Shown piece after piece: positions 1-8,928 of a DNA stretch of 19,622 nt. The DNA is from an uncultured archaeon. Its GTDB lineage: Archaea; Asgardarchaeota; Hermodarchaeia; Hermodarchaeales; Hermodarchaeaceae. Both the position numbers and the translations under genes were made by a program. The notes beneath the pieces were generated by a model that made no database searches, was not told the DNA's origin, and saw nothing but the letters and a program-made list of their open reading frames with translations. The DNA lies in NCBI GenBank assembly GCA_964347045.1, contig CAYFXC010000011.1, forward strand, positions 68,248-87,869, written 5' to 3'. Each line of letters starts with the position of its first letter. Within the stretch, counting starts at the first letter, position 1.

Positions 1-1
1 T

Positions 2-523
2 AAATCCAAATCAACTACCATCCCCAAATCCACTAAGACTAGTAAGACTAGTAAGACTAGTAAGACTAGTAAGACTAGTAAGACTAGTAAGACTAGTAAG
101 GCCAGTAAGGCCAGTAAGGCCAGTAAGACTAGGGTAACCAAAAAAACCACTAAGAAAACAAAAAAAATTACCAAACCGGTCAAGAAATCCAAGAAAAAAC
201 GTAGGACCGAACCTCCAGTTAAGGCTAAGCCTAAAAAAACTCGCAGGTTACCCCTTGAGGAACCGGTCAAAGGAGTATTGATGAACTATCAACGAGGTAC
301 TGTTAGTCAGCGTATTCAATACGGATTGATCCAACTAGAGGGTGTAACTTCAATATCTCAGGCAGCTACCTATATTGGGCGATCCGTGATTATTCATCTC
401 AGTGAACAAAAATCCAATTATGGTCGTATTGTTTCCGCACATGGCCGTAACGGAGTCCTCCGCGTTCGTTTTCGAAGGGGCCTTGCGCCGGAAGCACTTG
501 CCAAAGAAGTTCTGGTCTACTAA
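2..523 (+). CDS. rpl35ae: 50S ribosomal protein L35Ae (eL33) with long basic low-complexity N-terminal extension; 5' end outside window
   Basis: The C-terminal ~85 aa (KGVLMNYQRGTVSQR...YIGRSV...GRIVSAHGRNGVLRVRFRRGLAPEAL) match the L35Ae pattern. Manual translation shows the frame is open from base 2 (KSKSTTIPKSTKTSKTS...KPVKKSKKKRRTEPPVKAKPKKTRRLPLEEPVKGVL), so the track's start at 278 is internal. Confidence 0.9.
   Translation, partial: KSKSTTIPKSTKTSKTSKTSKTSKTSKTSKTSKASKASKASKTRVTKKTTKKTKKITKPVKKSKKKRRTEPPVKAKPKKTRRLPLEEPVKGVLMNYQRGTVSQRIQYGLIQLEGVTSISQAATYIGRSVIIHLSEQKSNYGRIVSAHGRNGVLRVRFRRGLAPEALAKEVLVY
35..133 (+). repeat. In-frame 9-bp tandem repeat: 7x AAGACTAGT (KTS), 3x AAGGCCAGT (KAS), 1x AAGACTAGG (KTR)
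   Basis: Counted directly: units start at 35, 44, 53, 62, 71, 80, 89 (KTS), 98, 107, 116 (KAS) and 125. Confidence 0.97.
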
Positions 524-618
524 AGTCATTTCTGGCGGAACTAAAGAAACCTTTTTTGCTCTCACGTTCACTCAACAAATGAGAATTCATATTGCTTCTC
601 AAAATAAGGGTGCCAAGA

Positions 619-999
619 ATGATTGAAAATGAGAATAAGGTAAAGCGTAAGATTCAGCTTAAGCCCGTGGGTGTAAAACGTCAAGAAGTTTCTTTACCCA
701 AAGAAATAATTGAACAAGCTGAAGCCGCGGAGATTGCAGAAGCGATGGAAGAAGAATCTACACTTTCAGCAGATCAACTCGCGGTCATATTTATCTGTAA
801 GCGCGGTCATCAATCATTCATTAGTATTTTTCAGGGTGTAAATAGTACACGTGTTCCGATTGGAAAAAAACCATTAAAAGAAGATGAAGTTAGATCGATT
901 TTAGACACACTGGAAACGCAAGGGTATCTGAAGAAAGCGGAAATGCATGATCAACCGACTTGGACAGCAACGGCAAAAGCACGAGAAATGGAAAGCTAA
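619..999 (+). CDS. Hypothetical protein with charged N-terminus and probable C-terminal winged-helix domain
   Basis: ATG at 619 is preferred over the TTG at 592. The C-terminus EDEVRSILDTLETQGYLKK...WTATAKAREM fits a wHTH recognition helix plus wing. Confidence 0.7.
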   Translation: MIENENKVKRKIQLKPVGVKRQEVSLPKEIIEQAEAAEIAEAMEEESTLSADQLAVIFICKRGHQSFISIFQGVNSTRVPIGKKPLKEDEVRSILDTLETQGYLKKAEMHDQPTWTATAKAREMES

Positions 1000-1014
1000 T
1001 TATTTTTTGATCTT

Positions 1015-1040
1015 TAGCGTTTCAAATTTAGTTTGAAGGC
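1015..1040. terminator. Possible terminator hairpin between convergent genes
   Basis: AGCGTTTCAAA..TTTGAAGGCT is an imperfect inverted repeat, preceded by a T-tract right after the 999 stop. Confidence 0.3.
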
Positions 1041-1089
1041 TGTTGACACAGCCAAAATGGCAGCATGTGCGTAGTTAGATTTCTGCTTC

Positions 1090-1329
1090 TTAGAATTCTG
1101 CAGCGATTCGTTCGCCGTGTTCGGTCAAGAAGTAAAATGAGTGGTATACTCCTCGACGTTGTTCAACGAGGCCCGCAGAAAGTAGCCGCTTTAAATGATA
1201 TGCGGCAGTACTTGGTGGAATGTCTAACGCCCGTGCGATATCACGCAAAAACGTTCGTTGACCGTTTAGGGTTACTAATATTTGTCGGCGAGTGCGATGA
1301 CGCAACACTTTTTCTGTGATAGGAGCCAT
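1090..1329 (-). CDS. ArsR-like winged helix-turn-helix transcriptional regulator
   Basis: LRHRTRRQILVTL...LRDIARALDIPPSTAAYHLKRLLSAGLV...YFLTEHG is a typical ArsR/HTH_20 pattern. Confidence 0.88.
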   Translation of the reverse strand: MAPITEKVLRHRTRRQILVTLNGQRTFLRDIARALDIPPSTAAYHLKRLLSAGLVEQRRGVYHSFYFLTEHGERIAAEF

Positions 1330-1364
1330 TTCTTTTAACCGTCCATGATTCTCTATCTGCTCGG

Positions 1365-1465
1365 GTAGTATTTATATTACGCTCTTAAATATATACTTTG
1401 CGGCATAAATACGTACATGGATTGTTTAAGTGATTATTTACATATATAAGCGGCTAATATACTCA
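1365..1465. promoter_or_regulatory. Divergent promoter region with TATA-like boxes
   Basis: TTTATATT, TTAAATATATA and CATATATAAG elements lie between the divergent wHTH genes. Confidence 0.4.
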
Positions 1466-1593
1466 AAGATGAAGCTGACTGAATTGTAATGTGATGAAGA
1501 GGATAAAAACCCATAAGAAGAGGAAGACAGAGTTTAACCTATCATTACACCTACAGATTTAGAAATCAGAAACACCTACGGGCTGGACTAGGC

Positions 1594-1965
1594 GTGTCAA
1601 AGAAACGAGGAAAAGACACATACGATTTAATAATGTCCCTTCTTTCTTTAAGTGAGATTCAAAGGCGAATCCTAATTTCCCTTGCCCATATCTACCCCCG
1701 TGCTGCCTCCGGTAAGCAGCTCATCACATTAATCGGTTATAGTGGAAAAGCGAAATCCTTGTACCGTGGTCCTCTTGAACGTCTTGAAAAAGAAGAATTG
1801 ATTCTTGTAGATCGTTTGACTCCCCGACTTCACTCTATTCGTGTAAATCATCTGCATCCTTTGATTGCGTTTCTAATCGAACTCATTGAAGCCCATGGAA
1901 AGAAGACCATGGAACTCTATACCCAAGCTTTAGAGGAGGGAACATCCGTTGACGGAAACGAATGA
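1594..1965 (+). CDS. Winged-helix DNA-binding protein (TrmB/MarR-like fold)
   Basis: LSEIQRRILISL...SGKQLITLIG...LYRGPLERLEKEELI is a wHTH pattern; GTG start. Confidence 0.72.
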   Translation: MSKKRGKDTYDLIMSLLSLSEIQRRILISLAHIYPRAASGKQLITLIGYSGKAKSLYRGPLERLEKEELILVDRLTPRLHSIRVNHLHPLIAFLIELIEAHGKKTMELYTQALEEGTSVDGNE

Positions 1966-2566
1966 GCAAATGCTTACTGGAATGGTTCGGGAGCAATACA
2001 TCCTAGAATGGGTCTTCTTGGGTATATTATGGACTGTGAGTATAATCTGTGCCTACATTCTTATCACGAATCTACTATTTCTGCCCTCTTTAGGTCCTCC
2101 ATGGACACCAACACCGGATCAAGCCTGGTGGCAATGGTTGCTTCTTGCCCTTCAGCACCCATATGTATGGCCAGCTGCATTAGCCATGGCCATTGCTTTG
2201 GTTCTAACAATCGGTGTGACAATCTATTTTGCTGTCTGGATTCCGTCACGTGTTGATCAAACAATTCTGTTGGAACTACATCGGATTGGACCGACTACAA
2301 AACTACGGCTTCACCGACATTATGTTACTAAAATAAATTCCAAAGGGCTCCTTGTGACCAAACTATTAGCACGAGCCACTGGCTCTGGAGAGTATGGGTT
2401 GCTGGTTTTACGGGCTTCCTTTCCAAAGGCGGCACCGAATGAATTGGAATCTGTTGCGCAAAGGAATTTTTTAGCTTGGGATAAAAACACAATTGCAACA
2501 GTTTCATCAGTTGATGAACTCCACTTTAAAATTACTCAACTTGCCCGAGCTTTTGCGGAGCTGTGA
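1949..2566 (+). CDS. Hypothetical membrane protein (two N-terminal TM helices, soluble C-terminal domain)
   Basis: Two long hydrophobic stretches. The TTG start has GAGGAGG upstream and overlaps the preceding gene by 17 bp. Confidence 0.75.
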   Translation: MTETNEQMLTGMVREQYILEWVFLGILWTVSIICAYILITNLLFLPSLGPPWTPTPDQAWWQWLLLALQHPYVWPAALAMAIALVLTIGVTIYFAVWIPSRVDQTILLELHRIGPTTKLRLHRHYVTKINSKGLLVTKLLARATGSGEYGLLVLRASFPKAAPNELESVAQRNFLAWDKNTIATVSSVDELHFKITQLARAFAEL

Positions 2567-2575
2567 TGCGTTTTT

Positions 2576-4249
2576 TCATCGAATTAATTCGGTTACAGTT
2601 CCAATGCATCGTGTATTTGCTTCACGAGTAACAATTCGATCTCCAATACGGAGCATTTCAGGTCCCTTTTTGAACGACATACGAACGCGTGCAACATCAC
2701 CGACAACTAGGTATTCTTTTTCAAAGATTTTTTCATAGATTACAGGTTGTTGAATTGTAGCACTATGAAATACTGGTTCATAGCCTTGTCGAATTCGAGT
2801 GGGATGTCGTGTAACAATAATTGTTGCATCAAATGCTTGAACAGCAATAACATCGGCGTCTTTGTCACTAATGATTTGTCCTCGACGAATTTTTTCGGGT
2901 AATAGACGTTTAAGGTCAAACCCAAAGACATCTCCTGCCTTAACCCGTTCTACTCGTTTTTTGAAAACTTCAATTGAACCTATTCTACCTTTCATAAATC
3001 GCCCGTCATTATCTGGACCACAGAGAATGGACTGACCGGGTTTGAAAATTCCCTCTTGGACTGTGCCTGTTATGACAACATTCGTTCCCCGTATTCCTCG
3101 ATAGACTTTATCAATATAAGCGAAAGCAGGTTTTTCTATTCGTTCATTAGGAATTCGAGAGGGGAGATAACTGAGGGTTTTTCGAATTAGATCTAATCCT
3201 TCACCAGTTACGCAGCTAGCTTCGAAAACTGGAACGATTACTCGATGAGCGATTTCACGGCAAATTATGGGGACATCATCTTCAGATGTGACCCGCAGAG
3301 GGACATGTCCGATTTCTTTGATGGTTTCAAAAACTAGATTTCGAACATGATCTCGTTGGGGATCATCACAATCATCGATTTTGTTAATCACAACAAGGAA
3401 TGGTAGTTCTTGATTTGATACTAACAGTAAATGTTCTCGAGTGATATCGTCTAAGCGGAGTATTCCGCTTCGTTGTTCTTCAGCGATTGCGAGTTTGAAT
3501 TCATCTTGGCACGGTACTAGAACCATGCTGTACTGGGCTGACGCACCAAGGACACTCCGAATCATTGTCTTAGCATATTCCTTGTGACCTGGAGCATCAA
3601 AAATCGTGATTATTCGATGAGCTTGGTCAAGAATCCTTGCGCGTTTTGATTTATCTAGGGGTGCTCGCATTGGAATGAATTCACCCCGTTTGCCAATTGC
3701 TGCGAAGGTTACATGAAGGTCGGCAGTTTGTCCTCTTTTTAGCTCTTGAGGGTAGGTTAAAAGAACTGCTCTAGCTTGGCCACTCCCATTATCAAGTTGA
3801 CCTTGGATAAGAACTCCAGCCAATGTTGTTTTTCCGCTATTTACACGACCAACTAAATTGACGCCCAATGTTTCAGGAATCATCGGGGTGATAACTCGTG
3901 CTAATGCGAAACTTGCAACAATTCCTTTGGCGGTGTTATAATGCGTTTCTTCTAGAATATCAATGCCCGCTTCCTTACAAAGTACATTGAGGATTGCTTT
4001 GCTGGTTTCTAGTTCATCATTAGTGAGTCCATAAACTTCCCACTTTTTTCCATGAAGGTCTTCTATTCCTACGACAAATTGTCCAGTCCCCTCACTTGTA
4101 ATTAATTTCAATTGGGCAATGAGTTTTGCCCGACGATCCTCACTGCTATCCCTATCGGTAAGGAAACGTTTGAATTCGGTGTTTCGTGTTTCACCATTCG
4201 CTAAAAGTTGATTAAGATCGAAATCCGATTTCACTCCACTTCCACACAC
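2576..4249 (-). CDS. GTPBP1/GTPBP2-family translational GTPase (archaeal GTPBP, COG5258-like)
   Basis: N-terminal domain (NTEFK...LIAQLK...EGTGQFVVGIED) is characteristic of GTPBP1/2. Motifs: G1 GRVNSGKTT, G2 RGQT, G3 DAPGH, G4 NKID, G5 SCVTG. EF-Tu-like domains II and III follow (VVITGTV..G; HPTRIRQGYEPVFH; RE..TRCIGTV). Confidence 0.9.
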   Translation of the reverse strand: MCGSGVKSDFDLNQLLANGETRNTEFKRFLTDRDSSEDRRAKLIAQLKLITSEGTGQFVVGIEDLHGKKWEVYGLTNDELETSKAILNVLCKEAGIDILEETHYNTAKGIVASFALARVITPMIPETLGVNLVGRVNSGKTTLAGVLIQGQLDNGSGQARAVLLTYPQELKRGQTADLHVTFAAIGKRGEFIPMRAPLDKSKRARILDQAHRIITIFDAPGHKEYAKTMIRSVLGASAQYSMVLVPCQDEFKLAIAEEQRSGILRLDDITREHLLLVSNQELPFLVVINKIDDCDDPQRDHVRNLVFETIKEIGHVPLRVTSEDDVPIICREIAHRVIVPVFEASCVTGEGLDLIRKTLSYLPSRIPNERIEKPAFAYIDKVYRGIRGTNVVITGTVQEGIFKPGQSILCGPDNDGRFMKGRIGSIEVFKKRVERVKAGDVFGFDLKRLLPEKIRRGQIISDKDADVIAVQAFDATIIVTRHPTRIRQGYEPVFHSATIQQPVIYEKIFEKEYLVVGDVARVRMSFKKGPEMLRIGDRIVTREANTRCIGTVTELIR

Positions 4250-4311
4250 GATAAACTTTCTTTCTTTATTTCTAGAATGGACGTCTGAATATCTGCCTTT
4301 TGTTTTGCACC

Positions 4312-5001
4312 CTACTTGCTAGAATGTAACATATCATGCTCTATGAGATAGGAAATAATTGGCGTCAATGTAGGAAAAACGGCGAGAGCCCCTTCAGCCT
4401 GTAGTTCTTCCTCTGTTCGAAGTTTTGAACGTCGAGCAATACAACGAATTCCAAGTTTCTTTGCGGTCATGACATCGATAGTTGAGTCTCCAATGAAGAG
4501 TGTTTGAGCTGGTGTTTTGTCAAAGTGCTTAAGAATAACTTCTAATCCTTCTGTTGAAGGCTTCATGTGTGGTGCTTCATCGCGAGTGATCAATAAATCC
4601 ACATAGATTGATAATCCAAATTTATCTAAAAGATACTCCGCGACGGGTCGGTTGTCATTGGTTAGAATTGCGATTTTTATTTGATGCCTTTGGAATGCTT
4701 GCAGTGTTTCTTGGGCACCGGGGACTAACTTGGCTTTCTTCGCGCCCTCCCATTCATGTTTAACCGCTTCTGCATAGACTCTATCGCGTATTATGCTAAT
4801 TTCAATTGGTGAAATACCCTTTTCTCCAGCATAAGCAAAGGCGCTACGGAGTAAGTCTTGAGTACTATTCATGGGGAGAACTTCTATGGGAATGTCATGT
4901 TTGAGAAGTAGATCTCGAATGGCACGACGCATCGCCCGAAAATTAATTTCCGCCGTTACTAAAGTGCCGTCTAGATCAAATACGACCAGCTCGATTGTCA
5001 T
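4312..5001 (-). CDS. HAD-superfamily hydrolase (phosphoglycolate phosphatase-like)
   Basis: Motif I FDLDGTL, motif II LTN, motif III KP and motif IV IGDSTID. Confidence 0.92.
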   Translation of the reverse strand: MTIELVVFDLDGTLVTAEINFRAMRRAIRDLLLKHDIPIEVLPMNSTQDLLRSAFAYAGEKGISPIEISIIRDRVYAEAVKHEWEGAKKAKLVPGAQETLQAFQRHQIKIAILTNDNRPVAEYLLDKFGLSIYVDLLITRDEAPHMKPSTEGLEVILKHFDKTPAQTLFIGDSTIDVMTAKKLGIRCIARRSKLRTEEELQAEGALAVFPTLTPIISYLIEHDMLHSSK

Positions 5002-5039
5002 AGTACGATTGCTCCAATCTACCTGCCTAGGAGAGGAGA

Positions 5040-6128
5040 TTATAAAGCTGTGAAGCTTTTCACTGTCTTTTTGTCCAGACCTTTGATGATGGCAACAAGT
5101 AGCTCAATGGTTTTTTCAATGTCTTCCAAATTTAGAATGCCAACATGACTGTGGATATGTCGTGTCGGTACCCCAAGGACTAGGCTCGGACACCCTGCCC
5201 GATCCAAGTGGATGACACCCGCGTCTGTACCACCACCATAAGTTTGTGATAGTTGATACGGTATTTTTTCTTGCTTCGCAGTTTTTATTACAAAATTGAG
5301 TAACGGTTGGTTAGGAATCATTGACCGGTCCATTGTAAGGATAGCTGGACCTTTACCCAATTTTGTTGCTGCTTGTTCTGGTTTGATATCTGGTATATCG
5401 CCGGCAAGATCCACTTCTAGTGCAAAGCCAACATCTGGTTCAATAATATGAGCAGTTGTTCGTGCTCCTCGGAGACCAACTTCCTCTTGAACTGTTGCTG
5501 CACCAATTACGGTATTTGGATGGCTAATATTGTCTTTCTTTAGTTTGTAAATAACTTCCATGGCTATGAATGCTCCCAGGCGATCATCGAACGCTTTGGC
5601 GGCTGCTAGTTTTCCATTCCGGATGAGTTGGAAAGATGAATCAGGAACAATTGGGTCTCCTATCTGAATTCCCATGTCTGTTATATTGCCCTCTGAAGAT
5701 GCACCAACGTCTATGAACATGTCTTTGAGTTCGACAACTTTCTTTCGTTCATCTGGTGAAAGAACGTGTGGTGGTTTTGCTCCAAATACCCCAAAATATC
5801 GGTCATTTTTTCGGGTTCGGACAATTACCTTTTGCCCTAAGACAACCTGACTCCACCAGCCCCCTAAAGGGTTCACCTTGATGAAACCATCTTTAGTGAT
5901 ACCGGAGACAATGAATCCTATTTCATCAACGTGACCTGCTAAGAGAATTCTAGGTGTTTCAGCTGTTCCTTTTTTGAGAAACTGTACGCTTCCTAGTTTG
6001 TCAATAGTTATTTCATCAGCAATCGGACGCATTGTTTCAGCAATAAGAGTGGCTGGCTCGCGTTCGAAGCCGCTGGGTCCAAATGAATCCACAAGTGTTT
6101 GTAATAGTTTTGTTTGTCTTGAGTCCAT
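5040..6128 (-). CDS. M42-family metallo-aminopeptidase (TET/FrvX-like)
   Basis: Motifs GHVDEIG, KAFDDRLG, QEEVGLRGA, GGGTDAG and PTRHIHS. ATG at 6128 has AGGTG upstream and is preferred over 6152. Confidence 0.94.
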   Translation of the reverse strand: MDSRQTKLLQTLVDSFGPSGFEREPATLIAETMRPIADEITIDKLGSVQFLKKGTAETPRILLAGHVDEIGFIVSGITKDGFIKVNPLGGWWSQVVLGQKVIVRTRKNDRYFGVFGAKPPHVLSPDERKKVVELKDMFIDVGASSEGNITDMGIQIGDPIVPDSSFQLIRNGKLAAAKAFDDRLGAFIAMEVIYKLKKDNISHPNTVIGAATVQEEVGLRGARTTAHIIEPDVGFALEVDLAGDIPDIKPEQAATKLGKGPAILTMDRSMIPNQPLLNFVIKTAKQEKIPYQLSQTYGGGTDAGVIHLDRAGCPSLVLGVPTRHIHSHVGILNLEDIEKTIELLVAIIKGLDKKTVKSFTAL

Positions 6129-6278
6129 AAATGGCACCTGCCACGAATTCATCTGATTAGTTAGATAAACTTTTTTCAGAAAGCAGAACTTGTCTAAACT
6201 ACCCTTTTTTTCAAGGAAGAAACAGGTTTATTCATTATAAAATGACAATTCAGTTGATAAGGAGCGTGTAAAACAGTA

Positions 6279-7100
6279 ATGAATTTGACTGTTGATGAAT
6301 TAGCCAAGTTAATTGATCATACACGTCTCAAACCAGAGACTAAACGAGCAAAAATCCTAGAACTTTGTGAGGAAGCCTTAGCCTATGATTTTGCTACAGT
6401 ATGCATCAATCCCGTTCATGTTGAATACGCAGCTGAGTTATTAAACAGCTCTACGGTTGATGTGTGCGTCGTAGTTGGTTTTCCTCTTGGGGCCACTTTA
6501 TCGGAGGTAAAAGCATTTGAAGCAAAAAAGGCGGTAGAAAAAGGTGCCTCTGAAGTAGATATGGTCATAAACGTTGGTGCACTAAAAGACAAAAACTATG
6601 ACTTAGTTCAGGCTGATATCGAAGCTGTAGTTAGTGCCGCTGGTAGTGCCATTGTGAAAGTTATTCTTGAAACTGGGTTTTTAATAGATGATGAGAAGCG
6701 ACAAGCTTGCCTCCTCGGTAAAGATGCTGGTGCTCACTTTGTTAAAACCTCCACCGGGTTCGGACCAATGGGTGCCACACCTTATGATGTCCGATTAATG
6801 CGAGAAACAGTAGGTAATAAAATTGGAGTTAAAGCGGCTGGAGGTATCCGTACATTCAAGGATGCATTGCGTATGATTGATGCGGGAGCAAATCGTCTCG
6901 GCACTAGTTCAGGAGTAGCTATTGTCGAAGGATTTCGGTGGGCTGGATATAGTGATTCATTCCTCGAACCTGACAAACCGTGTTGGACGTGTCCAAGTCG
7001 ACAAGCAAGTTTAGCTAAACAGCCTAAAGAAGTGTATCTTTGGTATAAACAACGCTGTGTTACTTGCCCGCATCGGGATCAAAACATCTTCAATGACTAG
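6279..7100 (+). CDS. deoC: Deoxyribose-phosphate aldolase (DERA) with C-terminal Cys-rich extension
   Basis: Motifs [34 protein letters not shown] (Schiff-base Lys), GVKAAGGIR and GANRLGTS. Confidence 0.96.
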   Translation: MNLTVDELAKLIDHTRLKPETKRAKILELCEEALAYDFATVCINPVHVEYAAELLNSSTVDVCVVVGFPLGATLSEVKAFEAKKAVEKGASEVDMVINVGALKDKNYDLVQADIEAVVSAAGSAIVKVILETGFLIDDEKRQACLLGKDAGAHFVKTSTGFGPMGATPYDVRLMRETVGNKIGVKAAGGIRTFKDALRMIDAGANRLGTSSGVAIVEGFRWAGYSDSFLEPDKPCWTCPSRQASLAKQPKEVYLWYKQRCVTCPHRDQNIFND

Positions 7101-7111
7101 GAGGAAATGAC

Positions 7112-8899
7112 TTGCCTGATAGTATTGCACAATCGTTTGTAGATACAAAATTACTATGGGTTTCTCTAACAAAGCAAAGGGCTAAAGAAATCGAGTTATC
7201 ACAGGAACTTTTTTCTCAATATTTGGGTGGGCGTGGACTTGGAGTTAAGTTAGTGTATGATCACGTCACTCCTTCAGTTGCTCCTCTTGACCCGGAGAAT
7301 CTATTGATATTCAGTATTGGTCCTTTAACTGCTACTGCTGCTCCGACGGGTGGGCGGTTTTCTGTATCCACTAAATCGCCTTTGACAGGAACTATCTTTG
7401 ATTCAAATTGTGGTGGATATTTTGGGCCACAACTACGGCGTGCTGGATATGCCGCGGTAATCTTGGAGGGTCGGGCAAAAGCCCCTGTTTATCTTTGGAT
7501 AAATGAAGGAACTCTGGAATTTCAACCTGCGAAAACAATTTGGGGTCAGGAGGTCAGCCCAACCACTGACTATCTTCTAGATGAAACGAATAAGAAAGCC
7601 CAAGTCGCCTGTATCGGTCCTGCGGGAGAAAACCACGTAAGCCTTGCTTCCATAATGACAGATAAGCACCGGGCTGCTGGACGGGGAGGTGTAGGTGCTG
7701 TTATGGGCGCAAAGAATGTAAAAGCAATCGTAGTTTATGGGACCAACAAGGTAGCCATAACCGACTCTGATCAATTTGAACAGGTTATTACAAGGGTTCG
7801 TCGCTTAATCAAAAAAGATTCTATTACTAACAAATCATTGCCTGTTTATGGAACGCCAGTATTGGTTAATCTCGCAAATGAATACGGTCTATTACCAACA
7901 CATAATTTTCAAGAAGGAACATTCAATGATGCCGAAGGGGTTTCAGGTGAGAAATTATTAGAGCGGCTCTTCGTGAAGAAATATCATTGTTTTGGATGTC
8001 CTATTGGCTGTGGGCGAATCACACGCGCTTTTGGTGAAGAAGGAGGAGGCCCCGAGTATGAATCGTTGTGGGCATTAGGACCACAATGTGGTATTAATGA
8101 CCTCGAATGGATTTCCAAGGCAAATTACCGTTGTAATGAACTTGGAATGGATACTATCTCAGTAGGAAGTACGTTAGGTTGTGCCATGGAATTAGTGCAA
8201 ACAGGAAATCTTAATGCCTCTCTCTCATTTGGAGACACAACTGGATTGCTCGAACTCATAAATGATATTGCAACTGCTTGTGGTTTAGGAGCTGAAATTG
8301 GCAAAGGCTCCAGATCTTTAGCAAAACGCCACAACGCTCCTGATTTAGCTATGCAAGTAAAGGGACTAGAAATTCCTGCGTATGATCCCAGAGGGGTTCA
8401 AGGTCATGCTCTCGCATATGCTACTTCCAATCGTGGTGGCTGTCATTTGCGGGCCTATCTTATTGGCCCAGAAATATTAGGGTCTCCTGTTCTCTTAGAC
8501 CGTGACCGTACCGAAGGGAAAGCTGAGCTGGTAATTCTGTTTCAGAACCTATCTGCCGCAATGGATTCACTTGTTCTTTGTCGTTTTACAACCTTTGCTT
8601 TTAGCATAGAAGATTATGCTGATCTTCTTAGTGCGGCCTCACCACTCTCTGTATCCGGGAGGGAATTGCTACAAATTGGTGAACGAATTTGGAATCTGGA
8701 GCGACTATTCAATAATCGTGAAGGTTTTTCGGTAAAAGATGATTGTCTTCCTCCGCGATTTTCAGCCCCATTGCCAGAAGGTGGTTCTCGTAAACGAGTT
8801 GTAGACCTTGAAAAAATGCTTCCTGAATATTATACGCTTCGTGGATGGAACAATAAGGGGGAGCCAATCAAATCTCGCATGAAACAGCTCGATCTATAG
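7112..8899 (+). CDS. aor: Aldehyde:ferredoxin oxidoreductase (tungstopterin/[4Fe-4S], AOR family)
   Basis: Motifs YLGGRGLG, KSPLTG, CIGPAGE, GRGGVGAVMG.KN, CFGCPIGC, GPEYE, MDTIS, RGGCH, CRF and YY.LRGW. The TTG start has GGAGG 7 nt upstream. Confidence 0.94.
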   Translation: MPDSIAQSFVDTKLLWVSLTKQRAKEIELSQELFSQYLGGRGLGVKLVYDHVTPSVAPLDPENLLIFSIGPLTATAAPTGGRFSVSTKSPLTGTIFDSNCGGYFGPQLRRAGYAAVILEGRAKAPVYLWINEGTLEFQPAKTIWGQEVSPTTDYLLDETNKKAQVACIGPAGENHVSLASIMTDKHRAAGRGGVGAVMGAKNVKAIVVYGTNKVAITDSDQFEQVITRVRRLIKKDSITNKSLPVYGTPVLVNLANEYGLLPTHNFQEGTFNDAEGVSGEKLLERLFVKKYHCFGCPIGCGRITRAFGEEGGGPEYESLWALGPQCGINDLEWISKANYRCNELGMDTISVGSTLGCAMELVQTGNLNASLSFGDTTGLLELINDIATACGLGAEIGKGSRSLAKRHNAPDLAMQVKGLEIPAYDPRGVQGHALAYATSNRGGCHLRAYLIGPEILGSPVLLDRDRTEGKAELVILFQNLSAAMDSLVLCRFTTFAFSIEDYADLLSAASPLSVSGRELLQIGERIWNLERLFNNREGFSVKDDCLPPRFSAPLPEGGSRKRVVDLEKMLPEYYTLRGWNNKGEPIKSRMKQLDL

Positions 8900-8928
8900 A
8901 GGAGTGCAGCTCCTCATGGTGATTATTC

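Noticed and set aside
35-133. Tandem repeat as a CRISPR array or iteron set
   Set aside because: The 9-bp units have no spacers and are in frame within a coding sequence.
4040-4249. N-terminal domain of the GTPase read as a novel Schlafen/AlbA_2 fusion
   Set aside because: This domain is the normal N-terminus of the GTPBP1/2 family.
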